Under the pieces are notes generated by a model, which saw nothing but the letters and a program-made list of their open reading frames with translations, did not search any database and was not told where the DNA came from. Shown in pieces: positions 27,201 to 40,800 of a DNA stretch of 64,000 bases (positions within the stretch are counted from its first letter, which is position 1; each line of letters opens with the position of its first letter). A program made the position numbers and the translations under genes. Source of the DNA: Blastocystis sp. subtype 4. Taxonomy: Eukaryota. The stretch is taken from positions 1 through 64,000 of the forward strand of contig NW_014569531.1 in assembly GCF_000743755.1 (NCBI RefSeq), read 5' to 3'.

Positions 27201-28146
27201 GTACATTCAATTCCGAGATATTTGTTGTCCTGACGAATGTTACAAAGAGTATCAGAATCAACTAGATTCGGATTTGGCGGTAACGATGGCAAAGAAAAAG
27301 GACCGAAATGTGACACGAGCCGATAGTCGCAAACTAATGAAATTGATGACACAGCTGAAGCAGGAGATGGAAGAGTTAAAGAAGGATCAGAGTGAACAAC
27401 AACAACATGTTTCTAATTTGGAGGTATTTTTTGGAATTCCAAAATTCATGACTAGAATTCTTTGAAGGAACATTTTGTTCATTTCTTCCTGGAATCGGAT
27501 CGAAAGAGCAGTATCGCAGTATTCATTCAGTATTGTTTTATTCCACGAATCCTTTTTTCGCCAATGGATGCCCTTTTTTGCGCCGAATTTGTTCGATGCC
27601 TAATTCGTTGGCAAGTTCCGAATTACAATCATATTCTGTTTGTCAAGAGGGCTCTAGTAGTGTTAATGACTCTTCTGCGTGGTGCAACGAAAAGTGAAGC
27701 CCAAAACATCAGTCTGTTCATGCTGGAGTTGTTCACAGATTTGAGTCAGTGGAATGATTCTGAAAAGAAATACAATGAAGTGTGCTTGAATAACCCTGTA
27801 TTCGTAAAAAACACATCTGGTGATGTGAGTTATGATTCGTTCTGTAAGGTGGAAATAGTACTTTGGATTGAGATTTAGTGTTATAAACATTGGATTAAGA
27901 CCATTTCAGTGATGATTGTTTCGGATTTACAATCGAAAGAGGAACAACAAGTTCGAAACGCTTTGGATTTCCTTCAGAGAATGAGCTCTGTGTATCCTCA
28001 GAAGACTGGTTTTGGAGACGCACTTTATCCGTATCTAGAGAATCTCATGTTTGTACTGATGGGGTGATTGGTTCATACATAGAATCCAAATGGAGGAATT
28101 AAGACGTCAGCTCAGATGCTTTGTACAAGTCTTGATAGACTAAAAT
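24237..28146 (+). CDS. THOC2: THO complex subunit 2; poly(A)-completed stop likely
   Basis: LKERLE, NTQRYYAQHKFNLIRDENEGYSKL, FSLDPNRVFDILLDA and FIQYCFIPRILFSPMDALFCAEFV. The last exon NPNGGIKTSAQMLCTSLDRLK is followed by T|GGTT-TGTTTGTT. Whether the first ~500 bp belong to this gene is uncertain. Confidence 0.88.
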
Positions 28147-28174
28147 GGTTTGTTTGTTCAGAATTCCCGTAAGC

Positions 28175-29189
28175 ATGAAGGAGGAATATGTTTGTCCCAT
28201 GCCATTTGATGTCGACACTGCAAATATCGGTTTACGGTGGTGGGCTTGTCAAGCATTACAGAATTTCACCGGAAATGGTGAAGGCGTCGAATGGGCTGTA
28301 AACGAGCCGTAATAGTTTTGCCAAACAGTATTAGTATTAGATTTGACAATACGGATGGCCATATGGGTATTTCTCCCATTACGGGTGTTGAGATACCTCA
28401 TGAAAAGGGTATGTACACGAAGAAAATGTATGGTTTCATTGGATTATTATAAAGCTAGTTATCGAATGTACAATAGTCTCCCTCGGGCAGTGACGTTTTT
28501 CTTATCTAAAGGTATGAAACTATCACAGATCTTCATTTTGCAGATATTTTGACGTTTACAGAGGAGTCTTGGCTCTTTGGATTAGAGCGTTTCTCTGTTT
28601 GGGTGAATAACTGTCTTGATAAGACGAAGTTTAACATCTTTATTCGTTTTGCCGTTGCTCCTGATGCTGTAGCCTTTTGTTTTCGTTCTGATTCTAGGGA
28701 ACAAATCCGAACTACTACCATCTTTCCTTAGAAGAACGTAAGGCAATTCAGCAGAAGTTCATTAACATTGCTGATAAGAGTGTTCATTATCATTCAGATG
28801 AGGATATTTGGCATTACAAATCCGAACACTTTTCGCTTCCTGATTTCAACGATATGAACTGGGCCAAGTCCTATTCACCCATCTGTTCCTTGTATCGCAT
28901 TTTCGATATTAATGTGAACTATTTTGGTCTGAAATCGATTGTGGAACATATGGTTTGTAATGCGCAATACAAGGGTACTTTCCAATTGATCCGCCAATTG
29001 GTATCACATTGTGATGGATTTTATGGTTGGACTATGGATCAAGTTATCGAAAGAGAGAATGAAACGAAGGTCAAATTGCTTGAGAAGATTAGTCGTCCTT
29101 ATTCTGATGAGGAGAAGAAGCATGTGTATGTAGCATGTGATGGAACTAACTTGTAGAATGAACGTATTGTCAGAATAGGATCTCTTTGA
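28175..29189 (+). CDS. Phosphatidylinositol transfer protein (PITP/IP_trans), divergent
   Basis: Spliced reading: MKEEYVCPMPF...GEGVEWAVNEPF...GMYTKK...FTEESW...PICSLYRIFDINVNYFGLKSIVE...RQLVSHCDGFYGWTMDQVIERE. The 5' exons are not in the ORF track. Confidence 0.82.
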
Positions 29190-29191
29190 TT

Positions 29192-29206
29192 TGTTTTATT
29201 GAAACA
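29192..29206. terminator. Bidirectional 3'-end element TGTTT-N5-AAACA
   Basis: TGTTTTATTGAAACA between PITP and the fucosyltransferase-like gene. Confidence 0.65.
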
Positions 29207-29210
29207 CAAG

Positions 29211-31177
29211 CACAAATTGAAATAATACACTTCAGGGTTATTGGCATTCATAGCCAAACCTGTTCTACTAAATCCACTTCGTTTTGTTAAAAACAGATAC
29301 TTACATTGTCCCAGCAAATATAAATCCATGTAGGTACGCAATAACGCAGCTTCTGATGGGAATCGACCTACATGATTCCGAGGTAATGTGTTCACAGTAA
29401 TCACTTTTCGACCATATTTAAATCGAATATAGTCTTCAATCTCATCCGAGTCTGTTGAGAGAAAGATTCGCATATTAGGTCGTTTGATCAGAATCTGATG
29501 TATGCGAGGACCATTCTTCCGAACCACTTCTTTGTTCACTTTAAAATAACTTCCATCCTTCCAGTCCGATGTTTTTCCACCACTTCGAACTTGAATACCC
29601 AAAACAGGCCCATTTTGGAAATACTTCAAATATGGCCTTAAATAAGACATCACATAATCACTTGGTTGAAATAGACTCTTTGCACAAATTCCATACCAGT
29701 TTCCTTCTGTGATCCAAGGATATGAAGCATTTCCACCACGCATCTCCAAAAGCTTCGTTCTTGTTGTTTTCAATCGGAGTACTAGTTTATGGAACATATG
29801 CATTGACGAAATTGCCAATGAACCAGGATATTCCTTGTTCAGATTCCCTTCATCAACAATTCCTCTCAAGCCATAATTAACATTATCAAATTCAACAAAA
29901 TAATCAACATATTTTGAAATACTTCGACCTCGATCGTATAACCTCTCTTGTTCTAGAAAGAATCACAATACCATTCTCTGCTACCTGAATCTCCTTCCAA
30001 ACGAATAGGAAATGTGATGTTATACAAAGGAAATTTGAAAAAATGAGGAAGCACAGCTGGAGCGTAATCTATCTATGAACAGTAAGAATCATCCTAACAT
30101 TGAAATACACGATTATTTAAGATCGCTAAGAGAAGGACATCACACATTCCCGACATCTGACCAGCAATTCCGGTGGTTCCTCGCTTTGCATACACAATGA
30201 GCTTATTCTGGTTCAGAATGTTCTTTTTCTGATTTGGAATAAATACAGTATTCATATAGTGTATAAACTGAGAAGAACCACTGATCCATTCGGTAACTGG
30301 ATCAGAAATGTTGATTGGGACAAACGAGTTGTGTCGATAATAGCTACGATAGTCGAATCCGAGACTTGATATTGTTGTTAAGCTCACTCGACTTCGATTC
30401 TTAGCATGCATTTCTTCCATCTCTTTTGAGGGCTCTGTATTTCCCTTCACTTTTGAGGATTTTCTACGTTTTGAAGAACGCTGCTTGACTCCTGGAGGAG
30501 TCGGCATTGGAATCTCAGACGTTGCAGTGTAATTCATAGCCGATATGTCAGAATTCACTTTTTCTGTTGGAACCATAGTGGTTTCTCCAGGATTTGTTTT
30601 CTCGATTACAGCAATGATTGAGATAGTTTCGTTGATTTCAAGGATGGATGGAATTGTCTGATTCCCTACGGTCAATGCCGTGATATTCTCACTTTTTTCC
30701 GCGAACACAGTCGGACCAAACATACTCATATTCATTGGTAGAGTCGTATTAGGGACGATAACCGAACTCGTTGGTTTCGTATTCACTAGTGTTTCCACTT
30801 CTTCAAGAATGGTTATCGGAATGTCTGTCAATGGAGTTGAAATAGACTCTGTTGAACCACTTAAGAGTGTAGAGTTCGTTGGTTCAGAAACTGTCGGCTG
30901 TATTGTTACTTGACTCGTCTTTCTTTCAGGTGTGGGTGATAGTGACGGGCGAGCCATGAGCGCCATAACAATAGGTTCCTCAGTTACCATCTCAGAACGA
31001 AAAACATCCATTCCAAAGTAGTTCGTTTCAAACGTTTCATTGATCTAGTACTAATTACATTTGACACTAATTCAATACAAGAATTCCATTCAACAGACGG
31101 GTGCTATGTATCCCTACTAACAAGTTGAGAATTACGATGCCGATATACAGGGCATTTGTAAAAGCTGTCGGCCTCAT
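29211..31177 (-). CDS. Type II membrane fucosyltransferase-like protein (NodZ/FUT8-like GT-B) with S/T/P-rich stem; poly(A)-completed stop likely
   Basis: N-terminal TM segment, mucin-like stem, GIAGQMSG, VLGIQVRSG, IFLSTDSDE and DLYLLGQCKYLFLTKRSGFS motifs. Ends ...YFNL-TG|CTTG-TGTTTCAA. Confidence 0.72.
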
Positions 31178-31217
31178 AAATTCTCTTCGTGTCTTCCCAA
31201 AAAACAAAAGACTGTAC

Positions 31218-33659
31218 TTAATCTAGACTAATCATCTTCATCTTGCGACGTCTCTCTTTCTGATTTATCTGACTCTCCACAACTTTGTTAATTGCATCCA
31301 AATCGGACTGTCGAATCTCCTCCTCTTCTTCTTCGCTTCCACTTGGAACCAACACGAAATTCTTCGAAACTTTCTCTTCGATCACTGGTAGTTCTACAGC
31401 AACTGGTGTCTGTGGAACTGAAATCGCAGGAATTGCCTCTTCTGTATTCATGATAGTGATTCTAAAATCAGATTCACGACGCCGATGCTCCTGAACAAAA
31501 CACTCCAAATTCTTCCTCTGTGCGATTAAAGGGAGGATATTTGTAATGAACAAGTCTCGCTGTTCCAGATTGAAGATGCATAATTCGATGGTATTTTTGT
31601 CATTCTCCATTGTCACTCGCTTTCCACTCAACACCATCTCCAACCAGTCTTCCACTCGATCTACCTGTCCAGGAGCCTTGTTCTCACCCCATTTGGCCAA
31701 TGTGGTATGAATCTTTGCTACATCGCAATCCAGGTTCTCTTCGGCATCACTCTCTCCTACAGGGATATGATTCAGTGGAATAGGTTTCCATTGTGGGACA
31801 ACTCGTTCCAGCTCCAATTCCTGCGCCTCTGCCTGTAATTGGCCTCGCAATTGCTCCATTTCCTGTTGCCGCTGCTGAAGCTCCTTCTCCAGCTGCACTT
31901 GTGCTTTCTGAATCTCCAGTAATCTCTTCTCCTGTTGGTGGTACTGCTTCTCCAAGTCGTACACCTGTTGCTCGCTCAAAAATGCCAGTCGTTCTGCTGA
32001 AATCATTGCTTCTGCTGATTGCTCTACCGCAGTGTCTGCAGCATCCTCTGTCGCATTCACACGAGTCTGTAACTCCGCATTCTGCTCACGAGTTGTCTCT
32101 AATTCTCGTGTGAGAGCAGTAACTGAAGCCACACAGCTATCAATACACTGATTCACTGCTTGTTGTTGCTCCATCAGAGCTTGCATACAATCATATGCAA
32201 ATTCTCTCAAAGCATCACCCTATTGTTCATTCTCATGATTCATTCATACCATTGCTCGATATGAAGATACAACAGAGCGATGATTTTTAATATGAACAAG
32301 CTGTTGAGCAGCAATGAAAACCAATCCGTCTCTATCTCTGATTCCTCTTTCTGATTCTCACTTTGTCATGCTCTCATACTGCTCCAAATTCTTTGCAACT
32401 TCCTTGTCCATATCAGGAACCATCTCACTTACTTCAGATACACTCTTCAACTCTAGTCTTGATCACTGCTCATTCATTCCTCACGATTGTATCTTGAACT
32501 GATTGACTGAAAATGGTTGACCAAATTATCCAACACTAGTCGTGTCTCATCTAATCGTTCTGAACTCTCTTTCAATACATTCTGTGTACGAGCCTCACGT
32601 GCTGCTCTCACTTCCTTCTCATCTTCCATTTGCTCCTGCTTCAGTTGTTTTCGACCTCTTACCAACTGTACACGACCTTTCAGATCTTTCACCTGATTGC
32701 TTACTACATCACGCAAGCGGATTATCTCAGCTCGTTCTGAATATGTTACAAGAGAGCTTGATTCACCTGATGGCAGTATAGAGGACTCATCCAACATAGG
32801 AGAAATAGGAGTTGGTTGAGGAGACACTGCACATTGGCGCAGCTCAGCAATGGTAGATGGAGAAAGAGATAAGAAGGAAACAGGATTAATTGATACCACA
32901 GGCAATTCGTCTGTTTGACAACTGGATTCAACTCTTTCCAGTTCATAAACCTTTTCTGCAACTGGAGTACTTGCTGTCAGAATATCCTCAGATACGTTTC
33001 CTGAAATCACATCATTAAATGTAACACGTTCACGACGAGTACGACTTGCTAGCGAAGACATGGAGGATGATCTCGATTTTGGCTTCGGAGACTCTACTTT
33101 CTATTCCATGATTGGTATTCTTCTTATTCTCACTTTTGGCTCGTCTACGGGAATTCCACCTTTAAGTCTGTGTGTAAATTCCAGTATTCAATATTACTCC
33201 TCAATCTTTACAGACCAGATATTCTTATCAAGATCCAATACCATATACGGCTTCTCCGAACAACTCCATGAACCATCCGGATTATGGAGACAACTATAGT
33301 CAGGATACTTGATGGGTTTGCCACATGGGGAACCTATCAATCATTTCATCTACTTACACATACAGAAACCGCGATTTGTAACAAGTTCCCATTGATCTCG
33401 TCTTTCTACGAAATAATCTCATTACAACAAATATTACTCTTCTCAACACCGAAACAATCTTTACATACACGTTCCATCGTCCCATTCACTGGAAGTCGTT
33501 GAGAAGAGCAGGAGTCACAAAATACTTTCCCGCAAATCTAAATTCATAAATTCCAATTTCAAGAAAGCAAACTCGACAATGATGTTTTCTTCTCAACGCT
33601 GTGAATGGAACATTACAGCGCATACAATTTGTGATAGTATCTTCCTTGACCCACTGCAT
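31218..33659 (-). CDS. FYVE-domain coiled-coil protein
   Basis: MQWVKEDTITNCMRCNVPFTALRRKHHCR (WxxD, RRHHCR-like), followed by long coiled-coil exons. Confidence 0.75.
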
Positions 33660-33730
33660 AGTATTCGAAATTATTGCATATTGAAGTGTTTTCGCGAACA
33701 AACAAGAACCTAAAAACCCGGTCAACCCGA

Positions 33731-34747
33731 TTACTCCAGAATATGATGATCACGTAACATAGAATTGACAAACTCGTATGTCATTAGTGTAATCGATGAG
33801 GATGGAATCACTCGAATCAGATTTGGTAACAATCCTCCATAAAACCCCACAATCCCTTCTTTCCTATTCTAATAACATTCATTCGTTCCCTACTTCCATA
33901 TCTTTACTGCACAATCCACCAAGTTCCGATAACTTGATTTTGCATTCAATTGTTGCATTCTTGAACGAAACACTTGGAGTGGGTATGTAATCATGGATGC
34001 ACAGAATTTCGAAACTGCTCCACACCATAATCCGGTTTTGTAATCCTATAAATCAATCAACACAAGAATTGGAACAATGGCAATATGGTATTGAGTTTCA
34101 ATCTGTTTGAGTTTCTCATAAATGACAAATTGGATAGCGGCATGCGATGTTAACAGAAGAGAGGGGAGAAGTCCTGAGTACAAAGTCTTAACTCCCTCCT
34201 CTCGACATATTCGAATTGTCGCATCTACGATTCCTTTGTAAGGTTTATATCCAGGCATCTAGAATTAAAGCAAGACAACTCATGTACCATACAAAGACGG
34301 TTCTGAAGTTGTAATCGAGTCTTCAGAAACCAAACTGGACAAGCAACAGTACTGCCGATAATTCCAGCTTCTAGAGAAGAAATCATATTATAGAATCCGT
34401 TTAATTGAGAGACATCAAGTCTCCGCTTGTAACGGTTCTTCGCATTTTCATAAGCACCAAAATATATACTCCAAGATAGCACAGAACCAATAATAGCTGG
34501 AGAGATTCCCTGATAGAATGCACGAAGTCCTTCCTCTCTGTATGTATTTCGGATCACCACATAAAAGTTCTTTAAAAAGTTATAGTCTTTCACACTGGAA
34601 ACTTGAAGACGAGTTTTTACAAGATCCAAAGGATGAAGAACGATTGTTGTTGCGAACCCTAGGAACTTAATGATGCCCATAAAATCAACCTCCACACATC
34701 CCCGATACAAAGTGTCGTTTCACATTTTCCTTGCCCCCTGAACTCAT
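33731..34747 (-). CDS. SLC25A32: Mitochondrial carrier, folate/FAD (SLC25A32/Flx1)-like
   Basis: Three carrier repeats HPLDLVKTRLQ, CPVWFLKTRLQ and YPLQVFRSRMQ; SWSIYFGAY, HAAIQFVIYE and PNLIRVIPSS. Confidence 0.82.
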
Positions 34748-34855
34748 GAGGAAAGGTTTCTAAATGGACAAGAGATTCAATTGGAAACTATTTTTCTTTC
34801 TCCGATACTGCCAAAATATCCCCCAATTTTGATTCACAACAAATAGTGAACTAAA

Positions 34856-37800
34856 TCAATTCAAACGAATCTGTCCTTTCATATTCATCTTCTTTCTCCG
34901 TTTACTCTCCTTGCTACTCAAATTGCGGCGTCGTTTCCGTTCAACTGCTGCCTTCGGATTCGTTACTGCTAACTGTTTCACTTGCAATTTACGCTGACTC
35001 TTCTTTTGACCAATCTACCCTCAATATCACCCAATACAATTACATCATCCTGAATCTCTCCATATGTGCGAATATACGTGCTATGATCCAGTTTAGCCTC
35101 AATACTGTTATGAATAATCTCCGTTGCCTTCTCCATCAGAACCTGATCCTGTTCATTGGTTCCATTTACAATCTTGATCAAAGGACGAAGAAGAGGAATC
35201 TAATATAAATCCATACTATCATCCGTACGATATATTCTTCGATTTGAGCTGGAGATAAGAATGCACAAATAGTCTCGAAAATGGTCAGTACAGATTTCTT
35301 CACTTGAATATTAGGAAGAGTCAAAATGCTTCCCAGGATATAGAGTGCATCAATCACTCGATATGGATTCGGAATCCGTCGCATTGTTTTGAACGCACGA
35401 GCCGGTTTAGACTGTTTCTCTGATTCACTTTCTTCCTCATCGGAATCCTTCGAATTCTTCTGTTCATCTGGCTCTTCCTCACTTTCGTTCTCTTCATCCT
35501 CTTCCTCACTCATAGAATCATTCTCACTCTCTTCAATGTCTTCCAGACTATACAACTGACGTACAGAGTTAATCGCCTGAAGTCGCTTCATCACACCTCC
35601 TTCTTCAGAAGCTTTAGGTAATCCTGGCTTCATTCCCTCAGGAGGAGGAATCGAATGCTCACTGAAAGCACACAGAAGTACTGTCAGCAAATTACTCTGG
35701 AGAGAGAGAGATTGAATCGAATGTGGCATATGAAAGAGAATGAGCAGTCTCTGGAGTAGCAAAAACACAGACCCAGACTGAGTAAGCCAACAATCCGAAT
35801 CACAGAAAGAAGCTTGAGCCAACTCTTTCTCCAAGTACTCCTGATAGAATTGCATTGCAACAACACGAGCATAGAAATGATGTGATAGTAACAGAACTGA
35901 GAGCTGATTTAATAAAACTAAGTGCATTCTAATACATCTATGAGCAGGTTCAGCGAAATGACCATATATTTCATTCAATATGGATACAAGAAGATACCAG
36001 TCAACAGACCGTGAAGTACTTGAAATTGTGATATCATACAATGAACACTCACTGTCTTCATTCACTTCTTCATCTCCAACTCCATTGGAACGAATCATAG
36101 AGTCAATCTTCTTCCCATCTTCACGTGAATACAAATTCAACTCTCCTGTTTCTGTTGTTTGAATCATCACTTCATCATTCACTTCCATCTCTCTCAAATC
36201 TTCTACTGTCTTTGGGAGATTTCCACTCACCACATTCACAATTCGAGGTATATCGCCTTTCACAACCTGACCACGGCCTTGAATGAGGAATAGAAGAGCC
36301 AAATACCCTGCTCGACGTAACAATGGATTTTCTCCTTCCATCCATTTGTCGCAATAACCGCGGAACTTCTTAAACAAGGGAACATCCACACGTACTGCGA
36401 TTCTCATTAGAGCTACTTCGTTATCCACTTATAATCCTTACCATCATGAATCACAGACTTACACAACACATCTGTTTCCTTCGTAAAGCGAATCAGTAAT
36501 GGTAGGAACATCATGGAAGCTACTTCATTCAAATACTACGAATTATGGAATGACAAAAATAGGGACATTTCCTGGCATATTTTTGATCAAATTTTGAATA
36601 AAATGCAAATCAGCTAATCGTCCAGAAGGTTCGTCGTAGTCCACATTTTTTAGCACAAAAGTGATTAGTTTCTCCACACGTTTGTTACTCATTGGATAGT
36701 TCATTGTGAATGCGAGAAGCACTCTGCTACATTGATTGCGTGTACTATCAGAAAATGATTGAAGCATCATCACAGCTAACTCATCCATTAAATCATACAA
36801 CTCAGAGAACACAAGACGACGATCGATAATCACACGAATCAATTCAAATGCAGCCACCTGCTTACCAACATCATTCAAATCCTTCTTCACAAGCATCAAT
36901 AAAGCTTGTCCCTGATTCTCATTGAGAGCAGTTTCAGGGAACTGACGTAGGAGAACAGATAGTGTATGAAAAATTGAACGAGCTAATGAAGATGACGTAG
37001 CACTGAAATCTGACAAGAGAGAGAAAAGAAGGTCTATTTGTGTCATTCCAGAAATACTCTATACCTTTCATAGGCTCCACATTCTGCTGGAAAGCCTCGA
37101 GTTTCCAGAGAAGCAACACATCAACCAGCTTCAGAGTTTGACGAATGACTTCTGTGGATCGACACATGCGAATGATGAAGAGAATATGATCCACAGTAAG
37201 ATCAAATAGTCTATGAGAGTCCTCAGAAGAGCTCTGAAAGAGTCCTGTTTCAATACCTCGATTCAGTAACTATGAGTGAGATAAACCACCCGATCGGACT
37301 TGTAATGCGAAACCCATCAATTCTTCCTTACTGTTCTTATTCACTCGCTTTCGCTCCTTCTCATTTCGATCGACTCCTGTTAATTTCACCTCCTCTTCCA
37401 CCATCAGCTGTGCTCGACCATCACTAGTGGTTCGTTGACTGGAAGCTTCTGTAACCCATATACCAGCCTCTTCCTCTCTGACTCGTTTCTCTTCTTTCTC
37501 TTTCTCAAGTTGTTTCTCTCCATCTTCCATCATCTCCAATGCATACTTGATAAGTGAACTGTTTTGCATCGATCCATTCTCCATTAATCCTTCTACTGTT
37601 GCCTTCAACAGTTCGCGAAGTTTTGTCAGCTGCTGTAAGTCCTCACACTCTGTAATGCTCTTCAAGACAGGTTCAAGCCATAAGTGAACTATAATATAAG
37701 ACCACTCTTCAGTGTATACTGGCTGCATCTGGATAGAAAGGAACCATTGAAGTGACAATTTTCCATGTCTCCATGGATCGATTCACAGCAAGTTCATGAT

Positions 37801-40800
37801 ACTTGGTACGAGAAGCATTTCGAAGTTCTTCTACTTCACGTGTTCTGGCTCCATCTTCAAATACATCGTACCAAATGATCGAATGAATCATTGAAAGAGA
37901 ATCCAGTAATGGGAATGACTCCTTTGTACGTTGATCCATCACAATTTCCACTCCATTCACAACGTCCTATGAATCACGTCTCAATGTTTATCTCACTGAA
38001 ACAGTCACTGGATGTCTGACAGTAAGAACTACTGAGGATTTGATTGCCTTCACAAGATCTGCAAGGGTATATGACAAGACAAACAGCTGATTCCCTTCAG
38101 TTAATGTGTGTTGCATTTGTGATAAAATCATATTAAAATACTTCACTCCCAGAAGGTTTAATAATTGTGATACTAATATTCAATTAGTAGAATCAATCTC
38201 ACATGTCTTTCTTGCCTCATCACGATCACTTTGCATCTTCTGTTTCAATAACAGAACAACAGACTGTGTCAATCCAGGTAAGTAGCTATAACTTAGTACT
38301 CAAAGACTCAATGACATCTCAAATAACGGCTGAGGAAGCTGCATGAACAACTGACAAATCACCACCGCCACACCACTTCGTATAGTCTGGTTCTTACGAT
38401 CATCTTCATCAATCATGGTTCTAGTGTCAATAAACTTCATTCATTTCTTACTTTCGTAAATCTGGAATGAGAACTAAGAGAACCAAACGAAGAATCTTCT
38501 CTCGATCTTCAGTTGACAATGTGTGTTCACCTGTTATCAGATTCTCTTTTGCTTTCTCTTCTCGTAATTCTTCCTTCACTTCCTCATCCACCAGTTCTTC
38601 CTCCATCACTTCTTCCATGTTCTCCTCCTGCTCATCTCCCTTCTCCTTCTCCTGCCCATCTTCCTTCTTCTCCTGCTCATCTCCCTTCTCTTCCTTACCC
38701 TTTCCTCTTCCTCGTCTCTTCATGAGGGTCACTTGTCGCAGCACACGAGCTGACATCGAATCTTGGACCAAATGCTGCATACGATCATCCACCACATGAC
38801 TCCAACTCTCCAACGATCTGATATCAAAATGGAAGTTACTCACAATCAGACACAAAATACGAATATAAAGCTTATTATAAGTACCAGATTCGGAACTATT
38901 TCTGGAAATGACAGTTTTCTTAGTATTTATTCGTTCATCATCAATCTATTTCTTATTATGAATTACTGTTCATACCATTGAATACACCTTTCTAAATAAT
39001 GACAAATAATGTCCCCAATTCAGCAATCTAGCCATACGTCCAATACAAACAGCACAGTCTTCACGTAAAGGAGCATCTGAATATCACTCTCTCTTCAATA
39101 ATACCCTGATTTCGATTGAACTCACGAATATAAGCAAAGAGGATTGGAAGCAGTACTGTTCGCAGATTTGTGACTGTGATTCGAGGCGTTTTCTCTTCAG
39201 CTATGGATTCAAATGTCTTAGTTAACAGCTTCAGACCCTTTGATCGAGTTTTCTGCTTCAAATCAATGATACACAAAAACACGTCGTTTTCTGGATTCTC
39301 AGTATTGATCAATGGAATAAGATCAGAACACAAAGTGATGGATGAGTAATCTGTTAAGTGATCTACAGATATTGATTATCAAGGATATCTTAAATGACCA
39401 TAATATGACAATATCACGAAGAAGACCAATTAGTGGTCTACGAATGTTATCACTCAGACAGTATTTCAATTCATATTTCACAACACTCATTACAAATCCT
39501 TCGATCACTGCTTGAAGACGAGTTTGAAGAATTGAATCAGAAGTAGTTTGAAGGATTTGAGCTGATTCGTGAATGAATTCCTGAAGACATTTCATTGCAG
39601 TTGTTCGAATCATCATATCTGAATCAACCACATCATTGAGAATACAGGCCAACAGAGGATCGAAACAGACACTTTCGGGATGATAATGAATCAAATGATT
39701 CTGAACGAGTACGTCATATGCCTCACCACGCTTCGTAAAATTATAACTATCAAGAGATGAACCACTTGTCGCATGAAGATCCAAAAGAATGGGAATAATT
39801 GGAATGAACAAAGGAAGTCGTTCTTTCATAGCATCAAATACTTGAAGGATACGTCGCCTGATTCGTAGACTTGTGATACATTGCTTGCTTGGTATTAGCA
39901 ATGTACTCAAATCATGAACCGCTCTGTCACATGATGAGACCAGAGGAACCAGAGCTTCAACAGCATCCAGAATCTTGATTCGATTGTCTTGAGAATCATT
40001 CCGTGCTGTTGAGAACTGAAGGAATGATACAAGAAGAATGAATATTTGATCTAGTGAAGTTACTGAAAGAGGAATAGACTGTGTGATTGATAATTGGCTC
40101 AAATGATAAATGATTGATAACAATCGATTGAACAAATTCCCTCGAATATTAGGAATGACAGAAATCAAATATTGAATTCCTTGTAACATTTCATTCATAT
40201 GAGGAATCAAGAATCGTAATCCATCTTCATCCTTCTCTTCAACCTCCATTGGTTCTCCCTCTAGAGCTACACGTGTCTGCATCACACTAAATTCCTCCTT
40301 CTCTCTAACAACTCCACCTTGTCCTCGGCGCAGCGACTGCTTCTTCTTCTCTTTCATATTGAAATAGTCTTCCTCAGGATCGATACGAAGTAGATTCTCA
40401 ATCAATTGAACCACTTCCATCACTACAGCAGTACTCAGATTCCCAAACATATTCTTCTTCACATTTCGACGAAGATGGCCCTTCTCTGTGCGATGTTCAG
40501 GTATCGATAGTTCTTGATTATCAAGGAGACAGAGAATTGATTGCTGGACTAAGAGAGGTTGGAGATCGAACAGATAATAGAGGAATGAATTACAAGAAAT
40601 GATGGTTGTGAGACGTAGGAGAGATGGAGCTTTGATCGCATGGATACACGAATGTGGTAAGGATTGTAACAACGGTGTAAGTGGAGTGAAGAAATAGGGA
40701 GAATATATGGAATACGGAATAGAAGGGAAATAACCAATAAACTCCATCATTCGACGCAAACAGAGAGTTCGTAACTTCTTGAGTGCCTGAGGTGTAACAG

